Assembly (NCBI RefSeq): GCF_004765795.1
Contig: NZ_SBIV01000001.1
Location: 434,001-498,000 of the forward strand
Direction: 5' to 3'
DNA from: Halorussus marinus
GTDB taxonomy: Archaea; Halobacteriota; Halobacteria; Halobacteriales; Haladaptataceae
DNA length: 64,000 bases
The translations under genes were made by a program, and so were the position numbers. Each line of letters begins with the position of its first letter. Within the stretch, counting starts at the first letter, position 1. Below the pieces are notes generated by a model. It searched no databases and was not told the origin of the DNA. It saw only the letters and a list, made by a program, of their open reading frames with translations. Of this stretch, positions 39,801 through 48,344 are shown in pieces.

Positions 39801-40071
39801 CGACCCGAACGTCTCCGAGGAGGTCGGCGAGGAGATCGCGTGGCACGGCGCGGAACTCGAACACGGCTACGAGGAGACCGTCTGGGCCCCGACGGGCGTG
39901 AACCGCGACGACCTCGTGACCGTCGAGAAGTACGAGGAGGCCGACTGGTGGCCCGGCGACGCTCGGAAGGACGACCTCGTCGAGGACTACATCGGCGGGT
40001 CGCTCCAGTCGAAGGGCGGCGGGAGCGCGACGACCGACAGCGGCGGAACGACCACGCGAGGTGACGACTGA
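36868..40071 (+). CDS. Tat-exported type II DMSO-reductase-family molybdoenzyme alpha subunit (NxrA/NarG-like)
   Basis: SRRDFIRG Tat signal, CHPNCTQSC...NPRGCMKG FS0 motif, YDWYADLPPG Asp Mo-ligand motif, TPHSKYRTHS; SD-like GAGGTGA before the GTG. Confidence 0.92.
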   Translation: MSLSRRDFIRGAGAGAVGSLLTSGWGATQSIDPVTEVDNPLRGYPNRDWEQVYHDIYAYDDVDWTVCHPNCTQSCALNFYMKNGIPIRAEQVYHNEESSVGPSGYEDADVSQNWNPRGCMKGLTLHRRTFEPSRIKYPMVRKGWDPDDPNPEGRGEDEFERVSWDEAIDLVAEKMASLDDRKRFHIFNAIKADGLITRHGAGRRLASIFGGCEWTEYDWYADLPPGHVITTGYQTSDADAADWRKADYTIIQGKNLIHNKLADNHWFQEMRERGGEMVGIYPDYSPTVQKCDRWLPIRPGSDPAIPLGFAHVIISEELYDPDFVRKFTSLPLLVRADDDKYLRAHEVFDDHEAPPEDSHERHENDDWGDFVVLDQNGDPVAVTREQVGDEMPATPRLDAETELRLADGSTVAVETDFSRQKRNVLESYSPEQVEEITTVPADAIRKTAREFADAENGQWFTGEGINHWFHGNSELQRSIFFVQSMLGNVGKPGSGYYNYSGQYKIELLDGYPEYVNPDGHAAHGMYPGYAFAFFGGEQLDPHEIRGDFDRELDLVPQGDAEEPVMPEGAETYTMSKPTVLWTMNCNLLNQTKHQEHVVNNFVKHPETENELFVVSDMHMTYSARHADVVFPAPSWLECEYPDITIGPENPFITMDHGVMDPIYDTKQDGEVLALVAEKLDEKIPPEERTVDSYRSYFEKFLDDDEDVCDYIQQTLDAGITTQDIDVEDLEDGPERLNLKTYPRVPFYSQVHDDRPFYTKTGRMEFHKEEDRFVDLGRGDLDHIESVEGTPYGVNEKWPEAGEQENPLYHDEGYQFYYNTPHSKYRTHSSWGMTDWNLIWSARDFGSTSADPEGTERLVDDFSFPEGDGQTSDAPPLGEAFVEIHPSDAEDIGVENGDYVRISGKRGGTVVRAMLSERQRPGKAGDMGQLTLWHGWWPQHFPDDEEKGDDEVKGFNTTTNIWLDPGQETDDLVHKAVFGDPNVSEEVGEEIAWHGAELEHGYEETVWAPTGVNRDDLVTVEKYEEADWWPGDARKDDLVEDYIGGSLQSKGGGSATTDSGGTTTRGDD

Positions 40072-41252
40072 TGGCTGACGTGTACAACCCACAACTCGGC
40101 CGCGAGCACAGCTACCCCTACGAGCACCGCGAGGAGGACCGCGACTGGCACTGGGGGATGGTCATCAACATCAACCGGTGTATCAACTGCAACACCTGCT
40201 CGTTTGCCTGCAAGTCGACGTGGACCAGCGGCGAGGGCGAGGAGTACATGTGGTGGATGAACGTCGAGACCGAGCCCTACGGCGGCTATCCGATGGGCTG
40301 GGACATGCGACTGCTCGACGATCTGGGCGCCGACGAGACCGTCTTCGAGGCGGCCGACGACGGCGAGCAGGTCGAGGGCTACGTCGCCCAGAAGGAGGCG
40401 TGGGAGTACCCCGCCCTCGGCGACGATCAGGTCCACGGCGAGTACCCAGAGGGCGAGGTCGTCGAGAGCGACCCCGAGGAGGGGACTTACCACGACATGT
40501 GGCAGTTCTACCTGCCCCGCCTGTGCAACCACTGCAAGAACCCGGCCTGCCTCGCGGCGTGCCCGCGGAAGGCGATCTACAAGCGCGAGGAGGACGGCAT
40601 CGTCCTGCTCGACCAGGAGCGGTGTCGGGGGTATCGCAAGTGCGTGAAGGCCTGTCCGTACCACAAGCCGATGTACAACCCCGAGACCGGCGTCTCCGAG
40701 AAGCCCGTCGGCTGTTTCCCGCGAATCGAGGAGGGAAACGTCCCCCGGTGTGTCTCCTCGTGTATCGGGAAGACCCGGCTCCACGGCAACATCAACCGCG
40801 GTCCCGACGCCGGTCGGCCCAACGGCGTGAAGTCGGCCGCGAGCGGCCGGAGCCCGGTGAACTATCTGGTCCACTCCGACGAGAAGATCGCGCTCCCGCT
40901 GTACCCGCAGTTCGGGACCCGACCGCAGGTGTTCTACATGCCGCCCTACCACGTCCCGCCGGAGTTCCTGACCCAGATGTTCACCCCGAACACCGAGACC
41001 AAGCGCAACGACTGGCCCGGCGACACCTACGAGGAGAGCGTCGAGATCGTCCAACAGCGCGTCCGGAACCCCAGCCACCACGTCCTCGGCATCCTCCAAC
41101 TGTTCGGCGCGACCACCCGGCTCATCGAGACGTACAACGTCAAGGAAAACCGGGTGAAGGGCTGGGACCGGAAGGGCAACAAGGTGGTCGACATGCCCAT
41201 CGAGGAGGACCTCGAGGTGCGCGAGGGCGAACAGTGGACGAACCAACCGTGA
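40071..41252 (+). CDS. Fe-S beta subunit (NxrB/NarH-like)
   Basis: CINCNTCSFAC, CNHCKNPACLAAC, CRGYRKCVKAC, KPVGC...CVSSC; EYMWWMNVET.PYGGYP. Confidence 0.93.
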   Translation: MADVYNPQLGREHSYPYEHREEDRDWHWGMVININRCINCNTCSFACKSTWTSGEGEEYMWWMNVETEPYGGYPMGWDMRLLDDLGADETVFEAADDGEQVEGYVAQKEAWEYPALGDDQVHGEYPEGEVVESDPEEGTYHDMWQFYLPRLCNHCKNPACLAACPRKAIYKREEDGIVLLDQERCRGYRKCVKACPYHKPMYNPETGVSEKPVGCFPRIEEGNVPRCVSSCIGKTRLHGNINRGPDAGRPNGVKSAASGRSPVNYLVHSDEKIALPLYPQFGTRPQVFYMPPYHVPPEFLTQMFTPNTETKRNDWPGDTYEESVEIVQQRVRNPSHHVLGILQLFGATTRLIETYNVKENRVKGWDRKGNKVVDMPIEEDLEVREGEQWTNQP

Positions 41253-41262
41253 GGCGCCAGTC

Positions 41263-42006
41263 ATGGACGACACACCACCCGCGGAACGACACGCCGCCCG
41301 GGCCGCCCTCTACAGCGCCGCGGCGGGGGCGTTTTGCTACCCGGACGAGAGCACCGTGCGCGAACTGACCCACCCCGACGCCGCCGAGGGGATCAGGTCG
41401 GCCGCCGAGACGCTCGGCTTCGAGGCCGAGGCCGAGGCGGTGGTCGACGCGCTCGATCGGACCGACCGCGAGGCGCTCGAATCTGCGTACAACGGGCTGT
41501 TCGGACTGCCGACCGACGACGGCACCTACCCCGTCGTCCCCTACGAGGTCGAGTACACGGTCGGCGACGAGGTCGGCCGCCAACAGCGCCGGATCGCCAC
41601 CGTGGTCGGCCTGCTGGAGGCGTTCGGCGTCGAGCCCGCCGAGGAGTTCGACGAGCGCCACGACCACGTCGTCGTGGAACTCGAACTCGCGCAGGTGCTT
41701 GCGGCCCGCCGGGCGGTCGCCGCCGAGGAGGGCGACCGCGAGACGGCCGACAACCTCGAAGGCGCGGAAGCGACCGTCCTCGACGAGCATCTCACGGACT
41801 TCGTGCCGGCGTTCGCCCACGCGGTCCGGAACGCGACCGCCGATCCCGACGCCGAGGACGCGTCCGACCGAGTCGACGCCGGCGAGGCCGCCGAACTGGT
41901 CTACCGGGCGGCCGCGGACCTCGCCGAGGCGCTCGTGACGTGGGACGCCGGAATCCACCCCGAGCCGACGGTCGAGCCCGAGACGGAGGTGCGCTCGCAT
42001 GCCTGA
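41263..42006 (+). CDS. TorD/DmsD/NarJ-type maturation chaperone
   Basis: YNGLF...VVPYEVEY, EFDERHDHVVVELE, DEHL.DF motifs; operon position. Confidence 0.85.
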   Translation: MDDTPPAERHAARAALYSAAAGAFCYPDESTVRELTHPDAAEGIRSAAETLGFEAEAEAVVDALDRTDREALESAYNGLFGLPTDDGTYPVVPYEVEYTVGDEVGRQQRRIATVVGLLEAFGVEPAEEFDERHDHVVVELELAQVLAARRAVAAEEGDRETADNLEGAEATVLDEHLTDFVPAFAHAVRNATADPDAEDASDRVDAGEAAELVYRAAADLAEALVTWDAGIHPEPTVEPETEVRSHA

Positions 42007-43003
42007 CCGGACCGCGGCGGTGCGCGCGACCGTCGTGACGGCGGTCGTGCTCGCGGCGCTCGTCGTCGGTCAGGCCGCGGTCGGAGCCGCGGTCACGAGC
42101 GGCTCCCAGCCGGTGCGGGCCGTCGAGTCGGTGCCCGGGGATCCGGCCGCCGACGCGTGGACCGACGCACCCGAGCGCACCGTCTCGCTGTCCGAACAGC
42201 AGATGGCGGTGCCGTTCGGGGGCGGGAGCGTCGAGGAGCTGACCGTCCAGACGGTCCGCAACGACACCCACACCGCGTTCCGGCTGTCGTGGGCCGACCC
42301 GACGAGGGACGCGAACATCGACCGGCCGCGCAACTTCAGCGACGCCGCCGCGATCATGCTCCGGAGCGGCGACAAGCCGCCGATCACGATGGGGGCGGCC
42401 GGCAAGCCGGTCGACATCTGGTACTGGCGCGCGAGCTGGCAGGCCGCCGAGACCGGCGACTCGGGGTCGATGTACGCCTACCCGCACCCGGACAACGAGA
42501 CCAAGCCCGGCCGGGCGGCGGGCAACCCCCTCTCGAACGCCGAGTACGACCGGTACGCCCAGAACTACTACGCGACCGGCTACGGCTCGCTGACCCACGC
42601 GCCCGCCCAGAACGTCCGGGCGAACGGCGAGCGCACCGAGGACGGCTGGTCGGTCGCGTTCGTCCGCGAGCACTCGACCGACGGCGAGTACGACCCCGAC
42701 TTCGCGAGCGCCGACAACGTCTATCTCGCGTTCGCGGTGTGGAACGGGAGCGCCGACGAGGTCAACGGCGAGAAGTCGCTCACCCTCCGGTTCACCCAGC
42801 TCGACACCGAGAACTGGGAGCTGAGCGACGCGTCGACCGGGTCGAGCGGCGCCGACGACGGCGGCGACTCCGCGAGCGCCGAGAGCGACACCTCGGGCGA
42901 GGAGGGGTCGTGGCTCACCGAGTCGGTGAGCAACTGGGTGGTCGGTCTCGTGGCGACGATGCTGCTCACATGGTCGTTCGTCTACTGGAGGGCCAGAGAA
43001 TGA
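41999..43003 (+). CDS. Heme b gamma subunit (ethylbenzene dehydrogenase gamma / EB_dh-like), membrane-anchored
   Basis: N-terminal hydrophobic segment, LSWAD, FSDAAA, ITMG, DIWYWRA, AFAVWNG...NGEKS, C-terminal TM. Confidence 0.85.
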   Translation: MPDRTAAVRATVVTAVVLAALVVGQAAVGAAVTSGSQPVRAVESVPGDPAADAWTDAPERTVSLSEQQMAVPFGGGSVEELTVQTVRNDTHTAFRLSWADPTRDANIDRPRNFSDAAAIMLRSGDKPPITMGAAGKPVDIWYWRASWQAAETGDSGSMYAYPHPDNETKPGRAAGNPLSNAEYDRYAQNYYATGYGSLTHAPAQNVRANGERTEDGWSVAFVREHSTDGEYDPDFASADNVYLAFAVWNGSADEVNGEKSLTLRFTQLDTENWELSDASTGSSGADDGGDSASAESDTSGEEGSWLTESVSNWVVGLVATMLLTWSFVYWRARE

Positions 43004-43872
43004 CCGAGTACGCGAATCGGAGCGCCCGGGCTCACGCCCCGGCCGACGACGAGGCCGACCTCCGGAGCCTGCTCGCGTCGCCCCGCGAACCCGAGCGCCG
43101 CGACGCCGCGCTCGCGCTGGTCGACCGCGCCGACGAGGCGGGAATAGACGAGGCGACGATCGGGGCGCTCGCCGAACGGGTCCGGACCGACGACTCGACC
43201 GACGTCCGGCAGTTCGCGGTCGAGGCCCTCGGGGCCGGCGGGCCCGCCCAGCGGGCTGAGCGGGCGATCCGAGCCGCGCTCGACCGCGACGGCGACAAGT
43301 GGGTCCGGGCGGAGGCGGTCGTCGCGCTCTCGCGGGTCGCGCCCGACGACGGGGCATCCCTGCGGGCGGCGCTCGACGACGACAGCGGCTTCGTCCGCCG
43401 GAACGCGGTCATCGCGCTCGGCAAGACCGGCGCCGGGACCGACGAGACGTTCGCCGACCGGCTCAAGAACGATCCCCACCCGGCGGTCCGGGAGTACGCC
43501 GCGCAGTTCCTCGGGCGCACCGCCGACGACGTCCCGGAGGCGGTCCGACTGCTGGCCGCGATTCTCGCCCGCGAGCCCGAGGCGTTCGTCCGGGCGAAGG
43601 CCGCCGACGCGCTCGGAGAGCTCGGCACCGACCGCGCCGAGCAAGCCATCGAGACCCACGGCCTCACCGACCGGAGCGACGACGTGCGCCGGGCGGCCGA
43701 GACCGCGCTCGCGGCGGCCCGTGGCGTCGATCCCGACCACCTCGACGTCGACGTCGAGGAGCCGTCGCCGCCGGGCGGCGGCCCCCAGTCGCCCCGAGAG
43801 ACGCCGAAGGGCGGGCCGTCGCCCGAGCCCAAGGGACCCGGCCCGAGTCGGGAGTTCGAGTTCGACAGGTGA
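43000..43872 (+). CDS. HEAT/PBS-lyase repeat protein
   Basis: Repeated VRxxAxxAL(G) units. Confidence 0.88.
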   Translation: MTEYANRSARAHAPADDEADLRSLLASPREPERRDAALALVDRADEAGIDEATIGALAERVRTDDSTDVRQFAVEALGAGGPAQRAERAIRAALDRDGDKWVRAEAVVALSRVAPDDGASLRAALDDDSGFVRRNAVIALGKTGAGTDETFADRLKNDPHPAVREYAAQFLGRTADDVPEAVRLLAAILAREPEAFVRAKAADALGELGTDRAEQAIETHGLTDRSDDVRRAAETALAAARGVDPDHLDVDVEEPSPPGGGPQSPRETPKGGPSPEPKGPGPSREFEFDR

Positions 43873-43876
43873 TTCC

Positions 43877-44455
43877 ATGACCGGACAGACCAGATCGACA
43901 GATTCGAGCGGCACCGACGGAGAATCGCTGGGCGTAAGCGTCCCTGACGAGCACGTCGGGGCGTTCGTCGCCGAGGCGTTCGAGGACGTCGAGCGCGACA
44001 CGACGTGGAAGGAGGTCGTGGGCGCGCTCGTGGCCGAGGAGGCCCGCGACGCGTGGGCGGACCTCTCGCGAACCGAGCAGGCCGTGGAGGTGCTCGCCGC
44101 CGCGGCCGACTACGACGAGCGGGCGGTCGAGCTGTTGGCCGAGGTGCCGACCGACCGCGGCGAGCCGACCTCGGAGATCCGCGACCGCTACGAGGAGGCG
44201 CTCCGGTGTCGGCACAACGCCGACCGCTTCCGGGACGGCATCGCGGCGGCGTACGCCGACGGCTACCTCGCCGACGACCAGCTGGTGGCCGCTGTCGAGG
44301 CGTTCGGCTTCGATACCGCACTCATCGCCGAGCGCGAGGACGAACTCGACACCGTCGCCAACACCTACGAGTTCGAGTTCCGCCCGTACGGCGGGACGCT
44401 GATGACCGACGACGAGGGGGACGACCAGACGATGGACGGCTTCGAGGCGTGGTAA
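43877..44455 (+). CDS. Hypothetical acidic helical protein
   Basis: Tightly coupled within the operon (4 bp and 1 bp gaps); C-terminal FRPYGGTL. Confidence 0.75.
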   Translation: MTGQTRSTDSSGTDGESLGVSVPDEHVGAFVAEAFEDVERDTTWKEVVGALVAEEARDAWADLSRTEQAVEVLAAAADYDERAVELLAEVPTDRGEPTSEIRDRYEEALRCRHNADRFRDGIAAAYADGYLADDQLVAAVEAFGFDTALIAEREDELDTVANTYEFEFRPYGGTLMTDDEGDDQTMDGFEAW

Positions 44456-44456
44456 C

Positions 44457-45713
44457 ATGACTGAAGAACTCACCGAGCGCGTCAGGGAGGCGATCGCGAC
44501 CGTCGACGATCCAGATCTGGGGACGAGCGTGGTCGAGACGGGGCTCGTGACCGACGTGTCGGTCGCCGACGCGACCGCGACCGTCCGCGTCGAGTTCGCG
44601 GGCGCGGACCCCGGAGACGCCGAGGAGGTCGTCGAGGAGGTCCGGAGCGCGGCCTTCGAGGTCGCGGGCGTCGAGCGCGTCCGCGTCGAGGGCGACACCC
44701 CCGAGCCAGAGAGCGAGGGGGACGCGACCGGCGCGCTCGACGGCGTCGAGCAGGTGCTCGCGGTGATGAGCGCGAAGGGCGGGGTCGGAAAGACGACCGT
44801 GGCGACCCACCTCGCCCGCGCGCTGGCCGACGACTACGACGTGGGGCTGTTCGACGCCGACATCCACGGCCCGAACGTCCCCGAGATGCTCGGGATCGAG
44901 GGGCCCGCGCAGGCGACCGACGACGGGCTCGCCGCGCCGACGGAGGTCGACGGCATCGAGGCGATGAGCGTCGGACTGCTCGCCGGCGACGAGCCCCTTG
45001 CGTGGCGGGGCGCGATGGCCCACGACGCGCTCACCGAGCTCCTCGAAGACACCGCCTGGAGCGACCGCGACGTGCTGGTGGTCGACATGCCGCCCGGCAC
45101 GGGCGACGTGGCGCTCACGATGCTTCAGGAGGTGGCGGTCGCCGGCGTCGTCCTCGTGAGCACGCCGTTCCCGACCAGCCTGTCGGACACGGCCCGGAGC
45201 GCCGCGCTGGTCGAGGAGAACGGCGTCCCGGTCGTCGGGGCCGCGATCAACATGCGCGGGTTCGAGTGCGAGGCGTGCGGTCACCGCCACGACCTCTACG
45301 GCGGGGACGACCCCGAGTCGGAGCTCGGCGTGCCCGTGCTGGCCGAACTCCCGTTCGACCGGTCGCTCCAGCGCCCCGACGACGCCGCGGCGCCCGACCC
45401 GATCGCGGCGCTCGCCGAGGGGGTCGCCGACCACCTCGAATCGACCGAGGCGGGCGGCGTCTCGGTCCCGGACTCCGCGCTCGACGTCCGGGGACTGCCC
45501 CCGCAGGTGCGCCACGAGCAGGTGGGCGCGGAGTTCCGCGCGCTCGACCCCGGAGAGGCCTTCTACGTGGTGAACGACCACGACCCCTCGCCGCTCGCGG
45601 AGCTCCTGGCCGGGGAGGTCGCGGACGGGTCGGCCGACGAGGCCTTCGACACCTGCGAGGTCCACCGCCGCGGCCCCGACGAGTGGGTGCTCGAAGTCGA
45701 ACGCCCCTCGTAG
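44457..45713 (+). CDS. Mrp/NBP35 Fe-S carrier ATPase with N-terminal DUF59-like and C-terminal DUF2249-like domains
   Basis: VDDPDLG...V, SAKGGVGKTT, DADIHGP, DMPPGTGD, CEAC, LDVRGLPP..RH...VNDHDP.PL. Confidence 0.88.
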   Translation: MTEELTERVREAIATVDDPDLGTSVVETGLVTDVSVADATATVRVEFAGADPGDAEEVVEEVRSAAFEVAGVERVRVEGDTPEPESEGDATGALDGVEQVLAVMSAKGGVGKTTVATHLARALADDYDVGLFDADIHGPNVPEMLGIEGPAQATDDGLAAPTEVDGIEAMSVGLLAGDEPLAWRGAMAHDALTELLEDTAWSDRDVLVVDMPPGTGDVALTMLQEVAVAGVVLVSTPFPTSLSDTARSAALVEENGVPVVGAAINMRGFECEACGHRHDLYGGDDPESELGVPVLAELPFDRSLQRPDDAAAPDPIAALAEGVADHLESTEAGGVSVPDSALDVRGLPPQVRHEQVGAEFRALDPGEAFYVVNDHDPSPLAELLAGEVADGSADEAFDTCEVHRRGPDEWVLEVERPS

Positions 45714-45723
45714 CCCCCGATCC

Positions 45724-46182
45724 ATGCGCGCCAGCGACGACGCGTCCGGGACGGAGTCGGTCACGGTGATCGGCGACGCCGCGGTCTCGGTCCCGTCCGA
45801 CCCCCGGCGGGTCGGCGACGACACCCGAGTCGCGACCCGCGAGTGGTCGTTCCGATGTGCCTCCGGCGACGAGATCGCGGGCCCGTGGTCGGGGATCGCG
45901 CTGGACGAGCTACTCGCGGCCGCCGACCCGCCCGACGCGACGACGCATCTCGCGGTCGAGGGCGAGGACGGCTACCGGGCCTGCGTCCCTATCGCGGACG
46001 CGCTCGACGGCCTGCTCGCGTACCGCCGCGCGGGCGCCGCCTGCGGGGGCGCGCCGCGATTCCTCGCGCCCGGCGTCTCCGGAGTCCGGACGGTCAAGCG
46101 GGTCGCCCGGATCGAGGCGCTCGAACTCCCGGCCGGAGCCGACCCCGAGGACCGCGAGGCGCTGGTGCTCGCCGAGAAGTAG
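45724..46182 (+). CDS. Molybdopterin-binding-domain-like ('pterin cluster') protein
   Basis: FRCASG...WSGIAL.ELL...DGY...PRF...R.VK.V resembles a truncated sulfite-oxidase Moco domain. Confidence 0.7.
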   Translation: MRASDDASGTESVTVIGDAAVSVPSDPRRVGDDTRVATREWSFRCASGDEIAGPWSGIALDELLAAADPPDATTHLAVEGEDGYRACVPIADALDGLLAYRRAGAACGGAPRFLAPGVSGVRTVKRVARIEALELPAGADPEDREALVLAEK

Positions 46183-46230
46183 CTCACCGTCGACTCTCTA
46201 TCTTACGGGGCGAAACTCAGCGCGACGGCC

Positions 46231-46413
46231 TCAGGCCGCGAGCAGGGGCACCGCGTAGGCCACGACCAGCCCGATCGCGAGGACGGCGAAGCCGATGGCG
46301 ACCTGCCGCATCGAGAACTCCTGCATCGGCGAGGTGACTCGGTCGAGCCCCTCGACGTCGTGGCCGTGCGCTTCGCCGCTGTGCAAGTCGTCGGCGTCCG
46401 CGTGGTCGCTCAT
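46231..46413 (-). CDS. Small haloarchaeal membrane protein
   Basis: [32 protein letters not shown]. Confidence 0.75.
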   Translation of the reverse strand: MSDHADADDLHSGEAHGHDVEGLDRVTSPMQEFSMRQVAIGFAVLAIGLVVAYAVPLLAA

Positions 46414-46555
46414 ACGTCGGGGTTGCCGCCCCGTCCACTTAAACGCATCCGAACCGGGTCCGCGCGCCGGGCGCGGGCGGGCGCCTCGGCGCCCAGAGCC
46501 GGTGGATGGTTCCGGCAGTGCAAGAGTTACGTGCCGGCTCCGTCGAGTGAGAGTA

Positions 46556-47455
46556 ATGAACCCGACCGGTGCGATCCTCGGCGTCCTCCTCGCGGTCGGC
46601 GCGGCGATCGCGGTCGCCGTCCAGTCGGTGTCGGTTCGGGTTGGCACCGACGACGGACGGGCGACCGACGCGCTCGTCGTCGTGCTCGCGACGAACATCC
46701 TGCTCGTCGTGCCCGCCGCCGCGGTGGTCCACTATCCGACCTACTCGCTGACGCTCCGGGCGATCGCCGCGTTCGTCGCGGCCGGGGCCGTCGGGACGCT
46801 CCTCGGTCGGATCTTCTACTACACGAGCATCGAGCGGATCGGCGCGAGCCGCTCGGAGCCGCTGAAGGCGTCCCAGCCGCTCCACGCCACCGCGATCGCG
46901 GTCGTCGTGCTCGGCGAACGCGTGACCGCCGGCCACGTCGCCGGTATCCTGCTCATCGTCGCGGGCGTGGCGGCGATCTCGTGGGAGACCTCCCGGGGCG
47001 ACGGCGCCGACGGCGACTCCTCGGCGCTCGCGCTGGCGTTGCCCCTGGCGGCCGCGTTCCTCTTCGGTATCGAGCCGACGCTGGCGAAAGTCGGGTTCGC
47101 CGAGGGCACGCCGATTCTGGTCGGGCTCGCGATCAAGACGGTTGCGGCCACCGCGGGGTTTCTCGCGTACCTCCGGGCGCGAAACGACCTGCCGAGCCTC
47201 GGAGCGCTCGCCGACTCGAACGCGAAGTGGTACGCGGTCGCGGGGCTCGCGAACACCGGGTTCCTCTGTCTCTACTACCTCGCGCTGTCGGTCGCGCCCG
47301 TGTCGGTCGTGGTGCCGATCATCCAGACCAGCCCGCTGATCGTGATGGTGCTGTCGGTGGCGTTCCTCTCGCGGCTGGAGCGGGTCACCTGGAAACTGCT
47401 GGCCGGGGCGTGTATCGTCGTCGGCGGCGCCGTCGTGCTGACGGCGTTCGCGTGA
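46556..47455 (+). CDS. EamA/DMT family transporter
   Basis: About 10 TM, two EamA halves ([23 protein letters not shown]). Confidence 0.88.
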   Translation: MNPTGAILGVLLAVGAAIAVAVQSVSVRVGTDDGRATDALVVVLATNILLVVPAAAVVHYPTYSLTLRAIAAFVAAGAVGTLLGRIFYYTSIERIGASRSEPLKASQPLHATAIAVVVLGERVTAGHVAGILLIVAGVAAISWETSRGDGADGDSSALALALPLAAAFLFGIEPTLAKVGFAEGTPILVGLAIKTVAATAGFLAYLRARNDLPSLGALADSNAKWYAVAGLANTGFLCLYYLALSVAPVSVVVPIIQTSPLIVMVLSVAFLSRLERVTWKLLAGACIVVGGAVVLTAFA

Positions 47456-47505
47456 GCGGGCCCGGTTCCAGACGCCTTTTGGTGGCTGGCTCCGAAGGGT
47501 TCGGC

Positions 47506-48321
47506 GTGACCCTCACAAAGCGCATCATCCCGTGCATCGACGTCGACGTCGACGAGGACGGGAACCCGGCGGTGTACACGGGCGTGAACTTCGAGAACCT
47601 CGAGTACACCGGCGACCCCGTCGAGATGGCACAGCGGTACAACGAGTCGGGCGCCGACGAGTTCGTCTTCCTCGACATCACCGCGAGCGCCGAGGGCCGC
47701 GAGACGATGCTCGGAGTCGTCGAGGACATCGCCGACGAGATCTTCATCCCGCTGACCGTCGGGGGCGGCATCCGCACCCGCGAGGACATCAAAGAGACCC
47801 TGCGGGCCGGCGCCGACAAGGTGTCGATCAACTCCGGGGCGATCGCGAACCCCGAGCTCATCACCGAGGGCGCCGACGCCTTCGGGAGCCAGTGTATCGT
47901 CATCAGCGTCGACGCGAGGCGACGCTTCGACGAGGCCGGCGAACACTACGCCGAGGTCGACGGCGAGTCCTGTTGGTTCGAGTGCACCGTCAAGGGCGGC
48001 CGCGAGGGGACCGGCCTCGACGTCGTCGAGTGGGCCGAGGAGGCCGAGCGACGGGGCGCCGGCGAGCTGTTCGTCAACTCGATCGACAAGGACGGCACCG
48101 AAGAGGGCTACGACATCCCGCTCACGAAGGCGGTCTGCGACGCCGTCGACACGCCGGTCATCGCCTCGTCGGGCTGTGGGGGCCCCGAGGACATGTACGA
48201 GGTGTTCACCGACGCGGGCGCCGACGCCGGGCTCGCGGCGTCTATCTTCCACTTCGGGGACTACTCGATCCGGGAGACCAAAGAGTACCTCGACGAGCGC
48301 GGCGTCCCGGTCCGGCTCTGA
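47506..48321 (+). CDS. hisF: Imidazole glycerol phosphate synthase cyclase subunit
   Basis: [43 protein letters not shown]. Confidence 0.97.
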   Translation: MTLTKRIIPCIDVDVDEDGNPAVYTGVNFENLEYTGDPVEMAQRYNESGADEFVFLDITASAEGRETMLGVVEDIADEIFIPLTVGGGIRTREDIKETLRAGADKVSINSGAIANPELITEGADAFGSQCIVISVDARRRFDEAGEHYAEVDGESCWFECTVKGGREGTGLDVVEWAEEAERRGAGELFVNSIDKDGTEEGYDIPLTKAVCDAVDTPVIASSGCGGPEDMYEVFTDAGADAGLAASIFHFGDYSIRETKEYLDERGVPVRL

Positions 48322-48344
48322 GCCGGCCCGTTCGCGCCGAGTCG

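Noticed and set aside
36868..41252. Naming the genes narG/narH or nxrA/nxrB, or calling the enzyme arsenite oxidase/arsenate reductase because acr3 is nearby
   Set aside because: Substrate and direction cannot be read from sequence. The Asp-ligand type II motifs and EB_dh-like gamma subunit do not fit AioA or ArrA.
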